This document shows, piece by piece, positions 17,981 through 26,904 of a stretch of 64,000 bases of DNA (within the stretch, counting starts at the first letter, position 1; the number at the start of each line of letters is the position of its first letter). Position numbers and translations under genes: made by a program. The DNA is taken from the sequence record LC765218.1. One strand, given 5' to 3'. This DNA is from Pseudomonas phage BRkr. The notes beneath the pieces were generated by a model. It had not been told where the DNA came from. It ran no database searches and was given only the letters and a program-made list of their open reading frames with translations.

Positions 17981-19139
17981 ATTCCATCAGCTTCCAGCAG
18001 ATATCGATATTAGATAGTAACCAGTGGTCATACCAAAGAATAGTAGCTCCAGTGGTATTCTGCCTAACGTACTTAGATGCTTTGTTATTAGATAGTGCCA
18101 CAGCTGTATACGCATCTTTCTTATTTATCATGTCGTATTTAACTTGTAAGTTAGATGCCGTACGTAAAAGTTTATTGTTGTTCATAGGTGTAAATAAGTT
18201 ATCAAACATCCATTGATCCATAATGAATGGTCGATAGGTATGCCCTTGATAAACAATATCACGACCTTGTTCAACTAAGCCTTTAAACCTACTATCACTT
18301 TTAATTTGCGGTGTTATATAAGTACCATCGAGCGTACCTGTAACAGCTGAAAAACCTGGATCAAAATCATTATTACCGAGAACGGTTACATACTCTTCAC
18401 TAGATAAGTTATTCTCATCGAGAGCACTTGCAAATAAACGGCGATATAAGTAATTATATTCACTGTCTGTAATTACGCGTACTACATACTCGTAACCATC
18501 TTTTGTTAATCGTGCTTTCCCTTGTGGGTATTCACCTAGATGGCTCGCTGTCTCTGGTGTATTTGTATTAACTAAGTCGTTAGCATACGCAGCACCTGCT
18601 ATGTAGAGATCTCTAAAGGATGCCCGTACAAGAGGTCTAGTTGGAACAAGTAGTACTTTGTTATTGTAGATACATTTCTCTAAGCGACCATTTGTTTTAT
18701 CACTTGGCACTATTCCATTATCCGCTCCACCCATAGCACTGACAATTTCATCAGTCCAGAAAGGTGGTGTATCAAATGTACCGTAGCGTCCTTGTAGAGA
18801 GTCTCCACGAATAACAAAATCAGGGAAACCTGGTTTAATTTCTAGACCAGTATTCCTTCGAGCTGATGTGGGGTATAGGGAACTGTATCTTGTTGTTCCA
18901 CGATACTCTAAACCAACCATGTAATACACTAGTCGATCATCATCTACTGTATCATCTCTGAAAGATAATGTGCCACGAAATACAGTAATCAAAGGTTCAG
19001 GTAAATTGTATTCTGTGAACCTATTATAACTTCGATAAATATTGATCGTATAATTTTCACCCATCGGGAGATTATTATAGTCAGCTAGATTGATAATAAT
19101 CATTGTGTGTCTAAGCCACCGTAAGTTAAGATTGGCCAA
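17979..19139 (-). CDS. Hypothetical protein, 386 aa. N-terminus MANLNLRW is shared with the upstream gene.
   Basis: Long minus-strand ORF with no competing ORF. Confidence 0.6.
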   Translation of the reverse strand: MANLNLRWLRHTMIIINLADYNNLPMGENYTINIYRSYNRFTEYNLPEPLITVFRGTLSFRDDTVDDDRLVYYMVGLEYRGTTRYSSLYPTSARRNTGLEIKPGFPDFVIRGDSLQGRYGTFDTPPFWTDEIVSAMGGADNGIVPSDKTNGRLEKCIYNNKVLLVPTRPLVRASFRDLYIAGAAYANDLVNTNTPETASHLGEYPQGKARLTKDGYEYVVRVITDSEYNYLYRRLFASALDENNLSSEEYVTVLGNNDFDPGFSAVTGTLDGTYITPQIKSDSRFKGLVEQGRDIVYQGHTYRPFIMDQWMFDNLFTPMNNNKLLRTASNLQVKYDMINKKDAYTAVALSNNKASKYVRQNTTGATILWYDHWLLSNIDICWKLME

Positions 19140-20080
19140 ATCAAAGCATGATTAACAGCTGTCTCTAATTCAGGTTCTTCCGATCTGTACGTTACCGGCA
19201 TTATTAAGTTAGCCGGATCAGTCGGGGAATCAGGAATATTTTTCGTCCAGTGTAATAGAGTTCTATCACTGTATTGTTGACCAGGACCAATTGATGGGAT
19301 GGATGTAAGTATAGTCCCGCTCAGTTCCCCTTGTGTGAAATGTGCAACGTTGCTATAGAAAGAGAACTTACCCGTTTTATTCGGGTTTATTTTCTGCCCT
19401 GTTACGTTACCATAAACCGTATCGATAACTCGACCGTACATTTCAGAAATAACATCGATCATATTTGCCAATGGAATAAATGTTCCATCTTTCATGTCAA
19501 GGGCTTGAGGGAATTGAACAATCCATCTATGACCACCTTTATTAACAGCTATCCAGCCTCCGTCTAGTAATGTCTTATAATTTTCATTCTCTTTATCAAC
19601 TTCATTATTATACGCTATCGGATATTCTAAGATATATTTAGATATACCGCGAATTCTATATTTATGCAAGTTGATGTTAGGCGGTGTTACTGGTGCAGGA
19701 ACAGTTATTCCGATCGCACTCCGAAGATCATCCAACGTAGGAATAATAGTCGATGAAATTTCATTGTGAGTACAATAGCCAAAATGTGCGTCACCAAACA
19801 CAGTTCTACCTAGACCAGGACCTGTGTCATTTTCACCTGAGAAACTAAATATCTTTGACCATGCTTCTTTATGATTATCCAAGGTAGTTTTAAGTCTATA
19901 TGTGTAAGTAGTAGACTCATCTAGCCCTTGATCTTGATAGCGTTCATCCGATGTTGGAACGGTAGCAATTAGAATACCTTCCCATTCGGCTAATGGTGCA
20001 TTACCTTCCGCTCTGTAGATACTTGTAAACGTTGGTTTATCCGGTAATGGATCCACCCAACGTAAATTGATGTTAATCAT
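19100..20080 (-). CDS. Hypothetical protein, 326 aa, N-terminus MININLRW.
   Basis: Long minus-strand ORF. Overlaps the downstream gene start by 40 nt. Confidence 0.6.
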   Translation of the reverse strand: MININLRWVDPLPDKPTFTSIYRAEGNAPLAEWEGILIATVPTSDERYQDQGLDESTTYTYRLKTTLDNHKEAWSKIFSFSGENDTGPGLGRTVFGDAHFGYCTHNEISSTIIPTLDDLRSAIGITVPAPVTPPNINLHKYRIRGISKYILEYPIAYNNEVDKENENYKTLLDGGWIAVNKGGHRWIVQFPQALDMKDGTFIPLANMIDVISEMYGRVIDTVYGNVTGQKINPNKTGKFSFYSNVAHFTQGELSGTILTSIPSIGPGQQYSDRTLLHWTKNIPDSPTDPANLIMPVTYRSEEPELETAVNHALIWPILTYGGLDTQ

Positions 20081-20328
20081 TGCTCTTCCTCAACGTCTGC
20101 TCGGTCAGCAGGTAATACGGTTGTAAAAGATAAGGCAATTGGGATAATACCATCTGTCTCATTAAACAGATCAGTTATCGGAAGTAGTATTTCTCTACCG
20201 TCGATTGTTAATAATGCTTCAAACATAAATATCTCACTATAGTTGACGGCATACACGAAGCCATTAAAATGACTCCGCGCATGCGTACTACATATCTACT
20301 GAGAAGATACACCTTCATATCATACCGG

Positions 20329-20361
20329 CATAAAGCCTTCCCCAACGGGAAGGCTTTTATG
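20329..20361 (-). terminator. Hairpin CATAAAGCCTTCCC-CAAC-GGGAAGGCTTTTATG. Identical to the copy at 40984-41016.
   Basis: Member of the conserved hairpin family. Lies after gene 20362..20538. Confidence 0.5.
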
Positions 20362-20538
20362 TTATTTATTTCTACGGGTTATCCGATAACCAAGTGCACC
20401 GAGATCAACTCTGAAAAACCCTTTACCTTTATTGAAACCACCACCAACTCTAACCATACGATCGCCTTTCGGCATCTCTATTTCAGTTAGTTTAAATGTA
20501 CGAGTGAAAGCTACATACTTGTGAACCAGTGTACTCAT
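20362..20538 (-). CDS. Hypothetical protein, 58 aa. Start reset to MSTLVHKY.
   Basis: A GAGGTGATT-ATG ribosome-binding site on the minus strand immediately after the upstream stop at 20546. Confidence 0.4.
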   Translation of the reverse strand: MSTLVHKYVAFTRTFKLTEIEMPKGDRMVRVGGGFNKGKGFFRVDLGALGYRITRRNK

Positions 20539-20545
20539 AATCACC

Positions 20546-20806
20546 TCAATGTAAAACGTTCGAACCGTCATGCTTATGGCAATCGCAGGTACAGAGTTCT
20601 TGCTCAATTCCACCTATGATTACAAACGTAGCCTTAGCTACAGGTACATCATGTTTCTTAGCATGCCATACAGCTAACTCATCTGTACGTTCTTTCTGAA
20701 CGATATCGTCTACAACGCCAAATATCTTTCTTAATACATCGATGTTAAAACTACCATCACGATTGATGTAGTTCATATAGACGGCATTACAACATGCGAA
20801 AGCCAT
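20546..20806 (-). CDS. Hypothetical protein, 86 aa, Cys-rich.
   Basis: Minus-strand ORF in operon packing. Confidence 0.5.
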   Translation of the reverse strand: MAFACCNAVYMNYINRDGSFNIDVLRKIFGVVDDIVQKERTDELAVWHAKKHDVPVAKATFVIIGGIEQELCTCDCHKHDGSNVLH

Positions 20807-21105
20807 TACTGTTTACTCCCTGTATAGAACAATGGACGCAAATCAGTTTGATAATACTCGTCCTTCACGTGTGTAAAGTTCTTATCAAAGCTTTCTGTTT
20901 TATAGGAAGTTCTCAATCCGTTAGGCCATACAACGAGCATATCACCAACTTCAAAGTCAGTGATCAGAGACTCGAATTCATTAGGGGTAATGGTATCACC
21001 GCCCGTCTTAACGAACCGACTAGCTATAAATCCACTCCCCCAATCAGAAGACATCCAGGCACCAGCTTCTGTGATAAGTTTTGCACGAACTAGAGTTTTA
21101 GTCAT
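20806..21105 (-). CDS. Hypothetical protein, 99 aa.
   Basis: Minus-strand ORF. Start and stop overlap its neighbours. Confidence 0.5.
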   Translation of the reverse strand: MTKTLVRAKLITEAGAWMSSDWGSGFIASRFVKTGGDTITPNEFESLITDFEVGDMLVVWPNGLRTSYKTESFDKNFTHVKDEYYQTDLRPLFYTGSKQ

Positions 21106-21283
21106 ATTTGTTTCCCCAGTTTACTGTTTTGTTGAGAAGAGTAGCACTTGGCTTTCTATTCCGAATTTGTCTTTTAATAGATTCGTTTAGCTCTTCCATT
21201 GTTTCTCGAACTTTAGCCAATCGTTCCTTTTGTTCATTTGTAGGAACACTACTAGCTATACCCTGCAAAGCTTTTAGTGACAC
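21098..21283 (-). CDS. Hypothetical protein, 61 aa.
   Basis: Short ORF between the HNH gene and the downstream gene. Confidence 0.4.
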   Translation of the reverse strand: MSLKALQGIASSVPTNEQKERLAKVRETMEELNESIKRQIRNRKPSATLLNKTVNWGNKYD

Positions 21284-21336
21284 GTCTTTACCCTAGATAA
21301 TGTTTAACCATAGGATCTGGTCTTTCAGTATATTCA

Positions 21337-21900
21337 TCATTGTATTTGGATTGAAGTCTCATAACCGCCAGACGTCTTGTACGACCTGAATCTTTTTGGA
21401 ACTGGTATATCGTAACGACGGCACCATTTTCTAACAGCGTTATCTGATACGCCGTATTTCTTCCCAATTTTAGTTAATGGTAAAATATGTAGATCGGCAA
21501 TGAGCTGATCTTTATCGGGTCGCTCCACTTTACGATTACCTTTACCCGTGCATTCAAGGCTACAATAATATTCTTGCTCTGTACTAAGTACAGAACCACA
21601 ACATCTACAAAGTTTAGTGGGGTACTTAGTTGGATCTATACCCATCCTCCGCATCCATGCATGTAATTTAACATGCATTGCATCGGGAAGGATTAGTAGA
21701 TTTTCTGGGTGATTATTGGACCTGTTCTCATCCAAGTGATGTACAACTTCATCGTCATATAAAGGACGACCCAATACTTCCTCGGCTACGACTCGATGTT
21801 CATAAACCCACCCCCACATATTCTTATTCTTCTTAGCTTCTGGGTGATCCGGCCTATAAAGCAAAATATATCCGTTCAGTTCTCTCGAACGCTCTTCCAT
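21337..21900 (-). CDS. HNH homing endonuclease, 187 aa.
   Basis: HNH motif VVHHLDENRSNNHPENLLILPDAMHVKLH. A Cys-rich zinc-binding region. A C-terminal helix-turn-helix-like basic tail. About 60% identical to 29604..30161. Confidence 0.8.
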   Translation of the reverse strand: MEERSRELNGYILLYRPDHPEAKKNKNMWGWVYEHRVVAEEVLGRPLYDDEVVHHLDENRSNNHPENLLILPDAMHVKLHAWMRRMGIDPTKYPTKLCRCCGSVLSTEQEYYCSLECTGKGNRKVERPDKDQLIADLHILPLTKIGKKYGVSDNAVRKWCRRYDIPVPKRFRSYKTSGGYETSIQIQ

Positions 21901-21975
21901 AATTCATTGCTCCAGGTTCAATCAATTATACAGCATATTGCAACTGGACCCAACCAGTTGCAATACATTAGAGAC

Positions 21976-22053
<78 letters not shown>

Positions 22054-22119
22054 GAAATTTGAATTGAGTACTGGAATCTACATCACTGAATACTCTCGTA
22101 TACTATTAGACACGAAGTA

Positions 22120-23700
22120 TTATTTTATTTCGTATTCGACTACGGGTGTTGTTTTAGATACATCACCACCAAATCGATAGACTCCATCGGATACAACTAA
22201 CATCTCTTCATACGAAGAAATAGCTGGGAAGGTATCTCCGATTAGTTCTGGCTCTTTATTAAGTTGCACCAAAGCTAATCGTGTTCCGGAGTTATTCGTC
22301 ACATAGATGTTATTACCGAATATGATTCCTCTATACGTCGAATATTTGTTGGCAGGCGCATTCAAAGGAATGACTTCAGTTGTACTAAAATCAGAACTAA
22401 TCTTTACGTAGTCCGTTGGCGAGATGTTTGTCCCACCTATTGTTAATCTACCTTGAGATGCAACGATAACTAATTCACCATTATCGTTAAATCCTAAATT
22501 ATGATGCCATAATTCAATTGGTAGAACATCAGCAATCATGCCGATTTCATATGTCGTAAGGTTAACTGTTATAATGTTCTTATGGATTTTATCACTGCGT
22601 CCAGAGAAACCACCAACAATGTACAGTATATCGTCTTTAACTATACTAGCTGTACGTTCGATGTAATATGCATCGACTAAACCTGGAATAGCAGCTAGCT
22701 TTTTAGTTTCCCATGTGTCGGTAGCTATCGTGTAAATATAAATAGTCGGACCAGTAGACAATGGGTTACCATGCAAAATCAACTTACCATTATTGTAAAC
22801 CATATTGGTTGTAGTTGTCTCGCCTTGGAACGGAACTGTAGATGGTAACTTGGTCCATGTTTTAGTATCTCGGTCTAACCGATGTAAGTCGGACATGAAC
22901 GTAGTAGGTCCTGTTGTATATCCACAGGCCATGTAAATATCGTTGTTATCCGAATCATACGCGAGTACTGGCATCCCACGTTGCGGCGGTGGATTTACAG
23001 TCGACAATACAGAGGTAATACCTTTAAGTTCCTTTGGCGGAATATATTCAAGTACCGGTCGCCATCCACGATAACTAGTAGCTTCTGTTGGCGGATGACC
23101 ATCGTAAATATAAAGGCCATTCTTTGCCTGAGGATGAGTTGTCGATGGTGAAAACTGTAGGTAATTACCATTGGTATTTCTATTAGCCGCCCAGTTATAA
23201 CTTCCGTTTCCGGCGCCTATAAGTTGTTCATCTGTGTACTTTGCCCAACTTCCTTTAGTTGTAACATTGCCAAAAATATCCCACAATTCAGAACCTTCAT
23301 TACCTTGAGTAGCGATATCCGAATAAGGATTTACTCCAGCATTCATTAGACGAACTTTAAACATGTTCCCATCGATTACAATAACTTTACTACCATCTAT
23401 TAAACCAGCCTCGTCAAGTTGGTTTGGACTAATGGAATGGAGAATAGCTGTCTTCGAATAATAAAGAATAACATTATTTCTAGATACTTTAATCCAACCA
23501 GCATCTGTATTTATAGTACCAATGGAGTCAAGCTCAACAAGTGTTCTTAACTGAGGGTAAGTTATAAACTTGTCGCTTGTCAACTCACCATACAGACCAA
23601 GTGTCGAATCACCTTGTTCAAAGGTAGATGGACCCGGTAGTTTATTTCCTGTAGCCTTAATGAGTGCAGACAATAATGATTCGAACATAATTTTATCCAT
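22120..23700 (-). CDS. Kelch-repeat beta-propeller protein, 526 aa. It has an N-terminal fibre-like module (MFESLLS…GDSTLGLYGE…GWRPVLEYI) followed by Kelch blades.
   Basis: Repeated blade motifs of the form hhYhhGG. N-terminal 35 aa and a GWRPVLE motif are shared with the 216-aa protein at 43297..43947. The MFExLLS N-terminus is shared with all Kelch paralogs. Confidence 0.75.
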   Translation of the reverse strand: MDKIMFESLLSALIKATGNKLPGPSTFEQGDSTLGLYGELTSDKFITYPQLRTLVELDSIGTINTDAGWIKVSRNNVILYYSKTAILHSISPNQLDEAGLIDGSKVIVIDGNMFKVRLMNAGVNPYSDIATQGNEGSELWDIFGNVTTKGSWAKYTDEQLIGAGNGSYNWAANRNTNGNYLQFSPSTTHPQAKNGLYIYDGHPPTEATSYRGWRPVLEYIPPKELKGITSVLSTVNPPPQRGMPVLAYDSDNNDIYMACGYTTGPTTFMSDLHRLDRDTKTWTKLPSTVPFQGETTTTNMVYNNGKLILHGNPLSTGPTIYIYTIATDTWETKKLAAIPGLVDAYYIERTASIVKDDILYIVGGFSGRSDKIHKNIITVNLTTYEIGMIADVLPIELWHHNLGFNDNGELVIVASQGRLTIGGTNISPTDYVKISSDFSTTEVIPLNAPANKYSTYRGIIFGNNIYVTNNSGTRLALVQLNKEPELIGDTFPAISSYEEMLVVSDGVYRFGGDVSKTTPVVEYEIK

Positions 23701-23852
23701 TGAAAAGTGACTGTTTACAGAGGGGTGGCTGTATAGAACTTCACGTTCCTACTCCCTTTCCGTCTAAGGCCTCCCCATTATAGGTACTTACCAAAAGACT
23801 AAATCATACAATTTGCAACATAAAGCCCGCCTTTCGGCAGGCCTTATTAAAA

Positions 23853-23938
23853 TGGTAGGAGCAGAGGGACTCGAACCCACAGTGCCTTACGACGGCTGGA
23901 CCTAAACCAGCTGGCTATACCAATTCGCCTATGCTCCC
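23853..23938 (-). tRNA. tRNA-Leu with anticodon TAG, 86 nt, type II with a long variable arm.
   Basis: Acceptor GGGAGCA/TGCTCCT, anticodon stem-loop GCTGG-TTTAGGT-CCAGC, T-loop TTCGAGT with one T-T mismatch in the T-stem, and an ACCA end. Confidence 0.7.
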
Positions 23939-23996
23939 ATGTAAAATAGCGCTTAACGCTAATTCTTACATATAATCACTATACCAGTATTTCTTT

Positions 23997-24935
23997 TCAC
24001 GGGTTTTCTGGATCGTAAACCCACAGGTCATTATGATAGACACCATTTGTATAACCACCAGATAAATAAATCTTACCGTTATAAACTTCCATATTGGCGT
24101 AGAACCGAGTAGGCGGCATCTTACCAGGAGGAAGAATTATATTTGACCATGTGTCAGTTTCAATATCGTAAACACTGAAAATATGATCGTTATTAATAGT
24201 GTTAGGAGTAGAACTTGTACCAGATTGACCACCGAATACATAGATCTTATTGTTAAGAGCTACGGCAGAATGTCTGTTCCTATTTACAAGACCATTCTTG
24301 TGGGGTGTCCATGTATTGTTGTCGACATTATAACTTCTGAATGTGGCAACTGACGTATTAGCTGTTTCATAGCCACCTAACGTGTAGAGGCGTCGACCAT
24401 GACTTGTTAAAGTCGCATAACGAATTTGATAAGGTGGTGTCAAGTTAGCTACTGTGAAGTTATCGGTATTATAGCTCTTAAATTCATACATAATACCTTG
24501 TGCACCGTTACCACCAAATAGGTACACCTTATTATCAATAGCTGACATGCAATGACTGTTACGTACGGCCAATCCACCATTAGAGCGTGTTACAGGTGTA
24601 ATTGTCTCACCATCAATCGTAAACTCAATCATCGTGTTTGTATCAGCAGAACCAGTGTATCCACCGAATACATAAAACTTGTTATCAACTAAACCACCAG
24701 CTGCACGTAAATTAACGTTTGCTCCTGCCGGTAGTTCTTTCCATTCGTCTGTTAAGAAATCATAGACGGATACAGTATTGAACGCGTTAGTGGTAGCACG
24801 TCTACCACCGAAGATATAAAGTTTGTCTCCTACGACAACAGAGGTTGACTGGTTTCTTCCGACGTCGGGTCCCTGTAGCTGAACCCAACCTTGCTTACTT
24901 TTATATTCCCCAATTCCTAACAATGCTTCAAACAT
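23997..24935 (-). CDS. Kelch-repeat beta-propeller protein, 312 aa.
   Basis: N-terminus MFEALLG. Five to six blades with LYIFGG, FYVFGG, VYLFGG, LYTLGG, IYVFGG and IYLSGG motifs. Confidence 0.75.
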   Translation of the reverse strand: MFEALLGIGEYKSKQGWVQLQGPDVGRNQSTSVVVGDKLYIFGGRRATTNAFNTVSVYDFLTDEWKELPAGANVNLRAAGGLVDNKFYVFGGYTGSADTNTMIEFTIDGETITPVTRSNGGLAVRNSHCMSAIDNKVYLFGGNGAQGIMYEFKSYNTDNFTVANLTPPYQIRYATLTSHGRRLYTLGGYETANTSVATFRSYNVDNNTWTPHKNGLVNRNRHSAVALNNKIYVFGGQSGTSSTPNTINNDHIFSVYDIETDTWSNIILPPGKMPPTRFYANMEVYNGKIYLSGGYTNGVYHNDLWVYDPENP

Positions 24936-24962
24936 AACGATTACCTTTCGTCAAAATCATAA

Positions 24963-24992
24963 CATATAACCTCCCCGAAGGGAGGCTTTATG
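24963..24992 (-). terminator. Hairpin of the family, CCTCCC-CGAA-GGGAGG with ATAA/CTTTATG flanks. The loop is UUCG on the minus strand.
   Basis: Lies after gene 24996..25298. Confidence 0.5.
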
Positions 24993-24995
24993 TTT

Positions 24996-25298
24996 TTAAT
25001 CTTGATTAGCTAACCATTCTTTAAGAAGAGCAACGAAATTGACAGGCTCTTTTACAATTTGACCATTTCGACAAACTGGTACTTTTTCAATATTCGGGTC
25101 ATCCATAATTGGTCGATACCATTCCTGGAATTTCTTATTCAGGTCCCGACTAAAAATTTCCGTAATGAGTGCGCCAAGTCCATCGTCTTGGAACGGAGCG
25201 GTTTCGTACATTTTTGTTCCTCTGTAGTTATAGCAAGTTTTACAAGGGCTAGCCGGTGGGTTACCCAAGCTGTAATGAAATCTCCACGTGTAGTACAA
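24996..25298 (-). CDS. Hypothetical protein, 100 aa, with a CKTC (CxxC) motif. Overlaps 25139..25498 in another frame.
   Basis: ORF ending at a hairpin terminator. One of the two overlapping ORFs may be spurious, or the pair may be one frameshifted gene. Confidence 0.35.
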   Translation of the reverse strand: MYYTWRFHYSLGNPPASPCKTCYNYRGTKMYETAPFQDDGLGALITEIFSRDLNKKFQEWYRPIMDDPNIEKVPVCRNGQIVKEPVNFVALLKEWLANQD

Positions 25299-25498
25299 TC
25301 GTAGCTTACATGTGCTTGATATTCAGGATGGTTAATATTGAATTTATCTATGACCTTAGACCGTAGATAGTCTTCGGCTGCTTTTGTTGACATCCCTTCT
25401 ATATTTGGGAATTCTTCAATAAGTAGCTCTGACAACATTTTATTTCTTGAAGCTAGGTCTATATCAGCCTCAGTATGACATGGCATGAAAGCTGTCAT
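25139..25498 (-). CDS. Hypothetical protein, 119 aa.
   Basis: Start abuts the upstream ORF at 25501. Overlaps 24996..25298. Confidence 0.4.
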   Translation of the reverse strand: MTAFMPCHTEADIDLASRNKMLSELLIEEFPNIEGMSTKAAEDYLRSKVIDKFNINHPEYQAHVSYDCTTRGDFITAWVTHRLALVKLAITTEEQKCTKPLRSKTMDLAHSLRKFLVGT

Positions 25499-26172
25499 GG
25501 TTACCTCTTTACATCCTTTGACATACTGTTATATAGCCCAGTATAAAACGACATAAAACTCTCCTTATCGGAGAGTCGTATATCGGATATCAAAACCAGT
25601 CTCTTTTTGATCATGACATCCATCGTGAGGTGACAGTTAGTGGAACTGAAGAGACACCTTTCCGTATGGTCGGCCCAATCGACTTCCCTCAATCATCGGC
25701 TTACCACTATTAGCCTTTGGTTTCCAGGTGCTATAAATGGTCACATCGAAATACTACAGTCTACTGGGCCTAATGTGAGATGTTTCTACAGGCAGCTTTC
25801 GATGAAGTAACTTTGTTCGTTACATACTGTAACCAACAGAGTATTTTTTTTAATCTAACGTACAGAGTACACCGATTAAACGGAACGGGCAGGTCAAGAC
25901 CCACCAAATAGCTTCAAATACTGCACCAATTATTTCACCAACTACATTGAGGGCTTGTCGCCCTTTATGCTGTTTTTCTTTTTTGACATCGGTCATTATT
26001 AACAAACCATAATTGGTACTTCAAGACCATTGCGTTCACAATGTTCTTCAAGTTTACGTTGAGCTTGGTTGAACTTAGCTAGTTCTTCAAGAGTTTTCTT
26101 TTGGTTATCAGCAAGTTGTTCTGGACTCTGACAATCGCGAATTGCTTTTATAGAAAGATTAGGAATCATAGG

Positions 26173-26709
26173 TCACCCGAAAGATTTACGTGCATCTGCT
26201 TCATTATCAAACAAACGACAACCCCAGATATAAGCTGCATCCAGTTCACCCCGGAAACAGTCTTTAACTTCTTTACTAGCTGTCTTCATGTAGTTATCTA
26301 CTGCATCTAAGAAAGAGTAACCTTCAGCTTTACCTACAAAGCTAGCTATACTGGATTCACCAGTAGCTCGATGACCTTCTTGCCAAATCTCATACTCTTT
26401 CTTCTTAAGTACAGTACCACGTTGTTCTTCTAAGACTTTCATTACTTGATCAAAGTCTTCATAACCCATGCGACTGAGACGAGCAATGAGACTTTGCTGT
26501 GCTTTACCATCTAACAACGTCTCATGCATCTCTTTGGTGGCTTCTAGGTACACGCCGTTTTGGAGGAGGATCAAGAAGTCATTAAACTTCATATATTCAC
26601 CACCCTCGTTATCTAAGACCATCTTAGTCTCATTGACAGTGTCCTGTGGACTCAATAGAATCTTAGGCACTGCGGGCGACCAACGTTTAATCAAACTTAA
26701 TGCTGACAT
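26173..26709 (-). CDS. Hypothetical protein, 178 aa. Start reset to MSALSLIKRW.
   Basis: AAAGGAAATAAC-ATG ribosome-binding site on the minus strand. The track's upstream extension overlaps the terminator hairpin. Confidence 0.55.
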   Translation of the reverse strand: MSALSLIKRWSPAVPKILLSPQDTVNETKMVLDNEGGEYMKFNDFLILLQNGVYLEATKEMHETLLDGKAQQSLIARLSRMGYEDFDQVMKVLEEQRGTVLKKKEYEIWQEGHRATGESSIASFVGKAEGYSFLDAVDNYMKTASKEVKDCFRGELDAAYIWGCRLFDNEADARKSFG

Positions 26710-26734
26710 GTTATTTCCTTTTGTAATAGTTGAC

Positions 26735-26765
26735 ATAAAGCTCTCCCCGAAGGGAGAGCACTATG
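26735..26765 (-). terminator. Hairpin CATAAAGCTCTCC-CCGAA-GGGAGAGCACTATG downstream of tRNA-Tyr.
   Basis: Family member between the tRNA at 26772-26860 and gene 26709. Confidence 0.5.
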
Positions 26766-26771
26766 ACGCAT

Positions 26772-26860
26772 TGGTGGAGAGGACTGGACTCGAACCAGTA
26801 ATGCCCGATACGGACGGCTGATTTACAGTCAGCTGGGGTTACCAATTTTCCTATCTCTCC
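26772..26860 (-). tRNA. tRNA-Tyr with anticodon GTA, 89 nt, type II.
   Basis: Acceptor GGAGAGA/CCTCTCC, anticodon stem-loop GCTGA-CTGTAAA-TCAGC, long variable arm, T-arm ACTGG-TTCGAGT-CCAGT, and an ACCA end. Confidence 0.75.
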
Positions 26861-26904
26861 GAAATCTGGTATAGTCTTACATAGTATTACTATACCAGTA
26901 TTTA

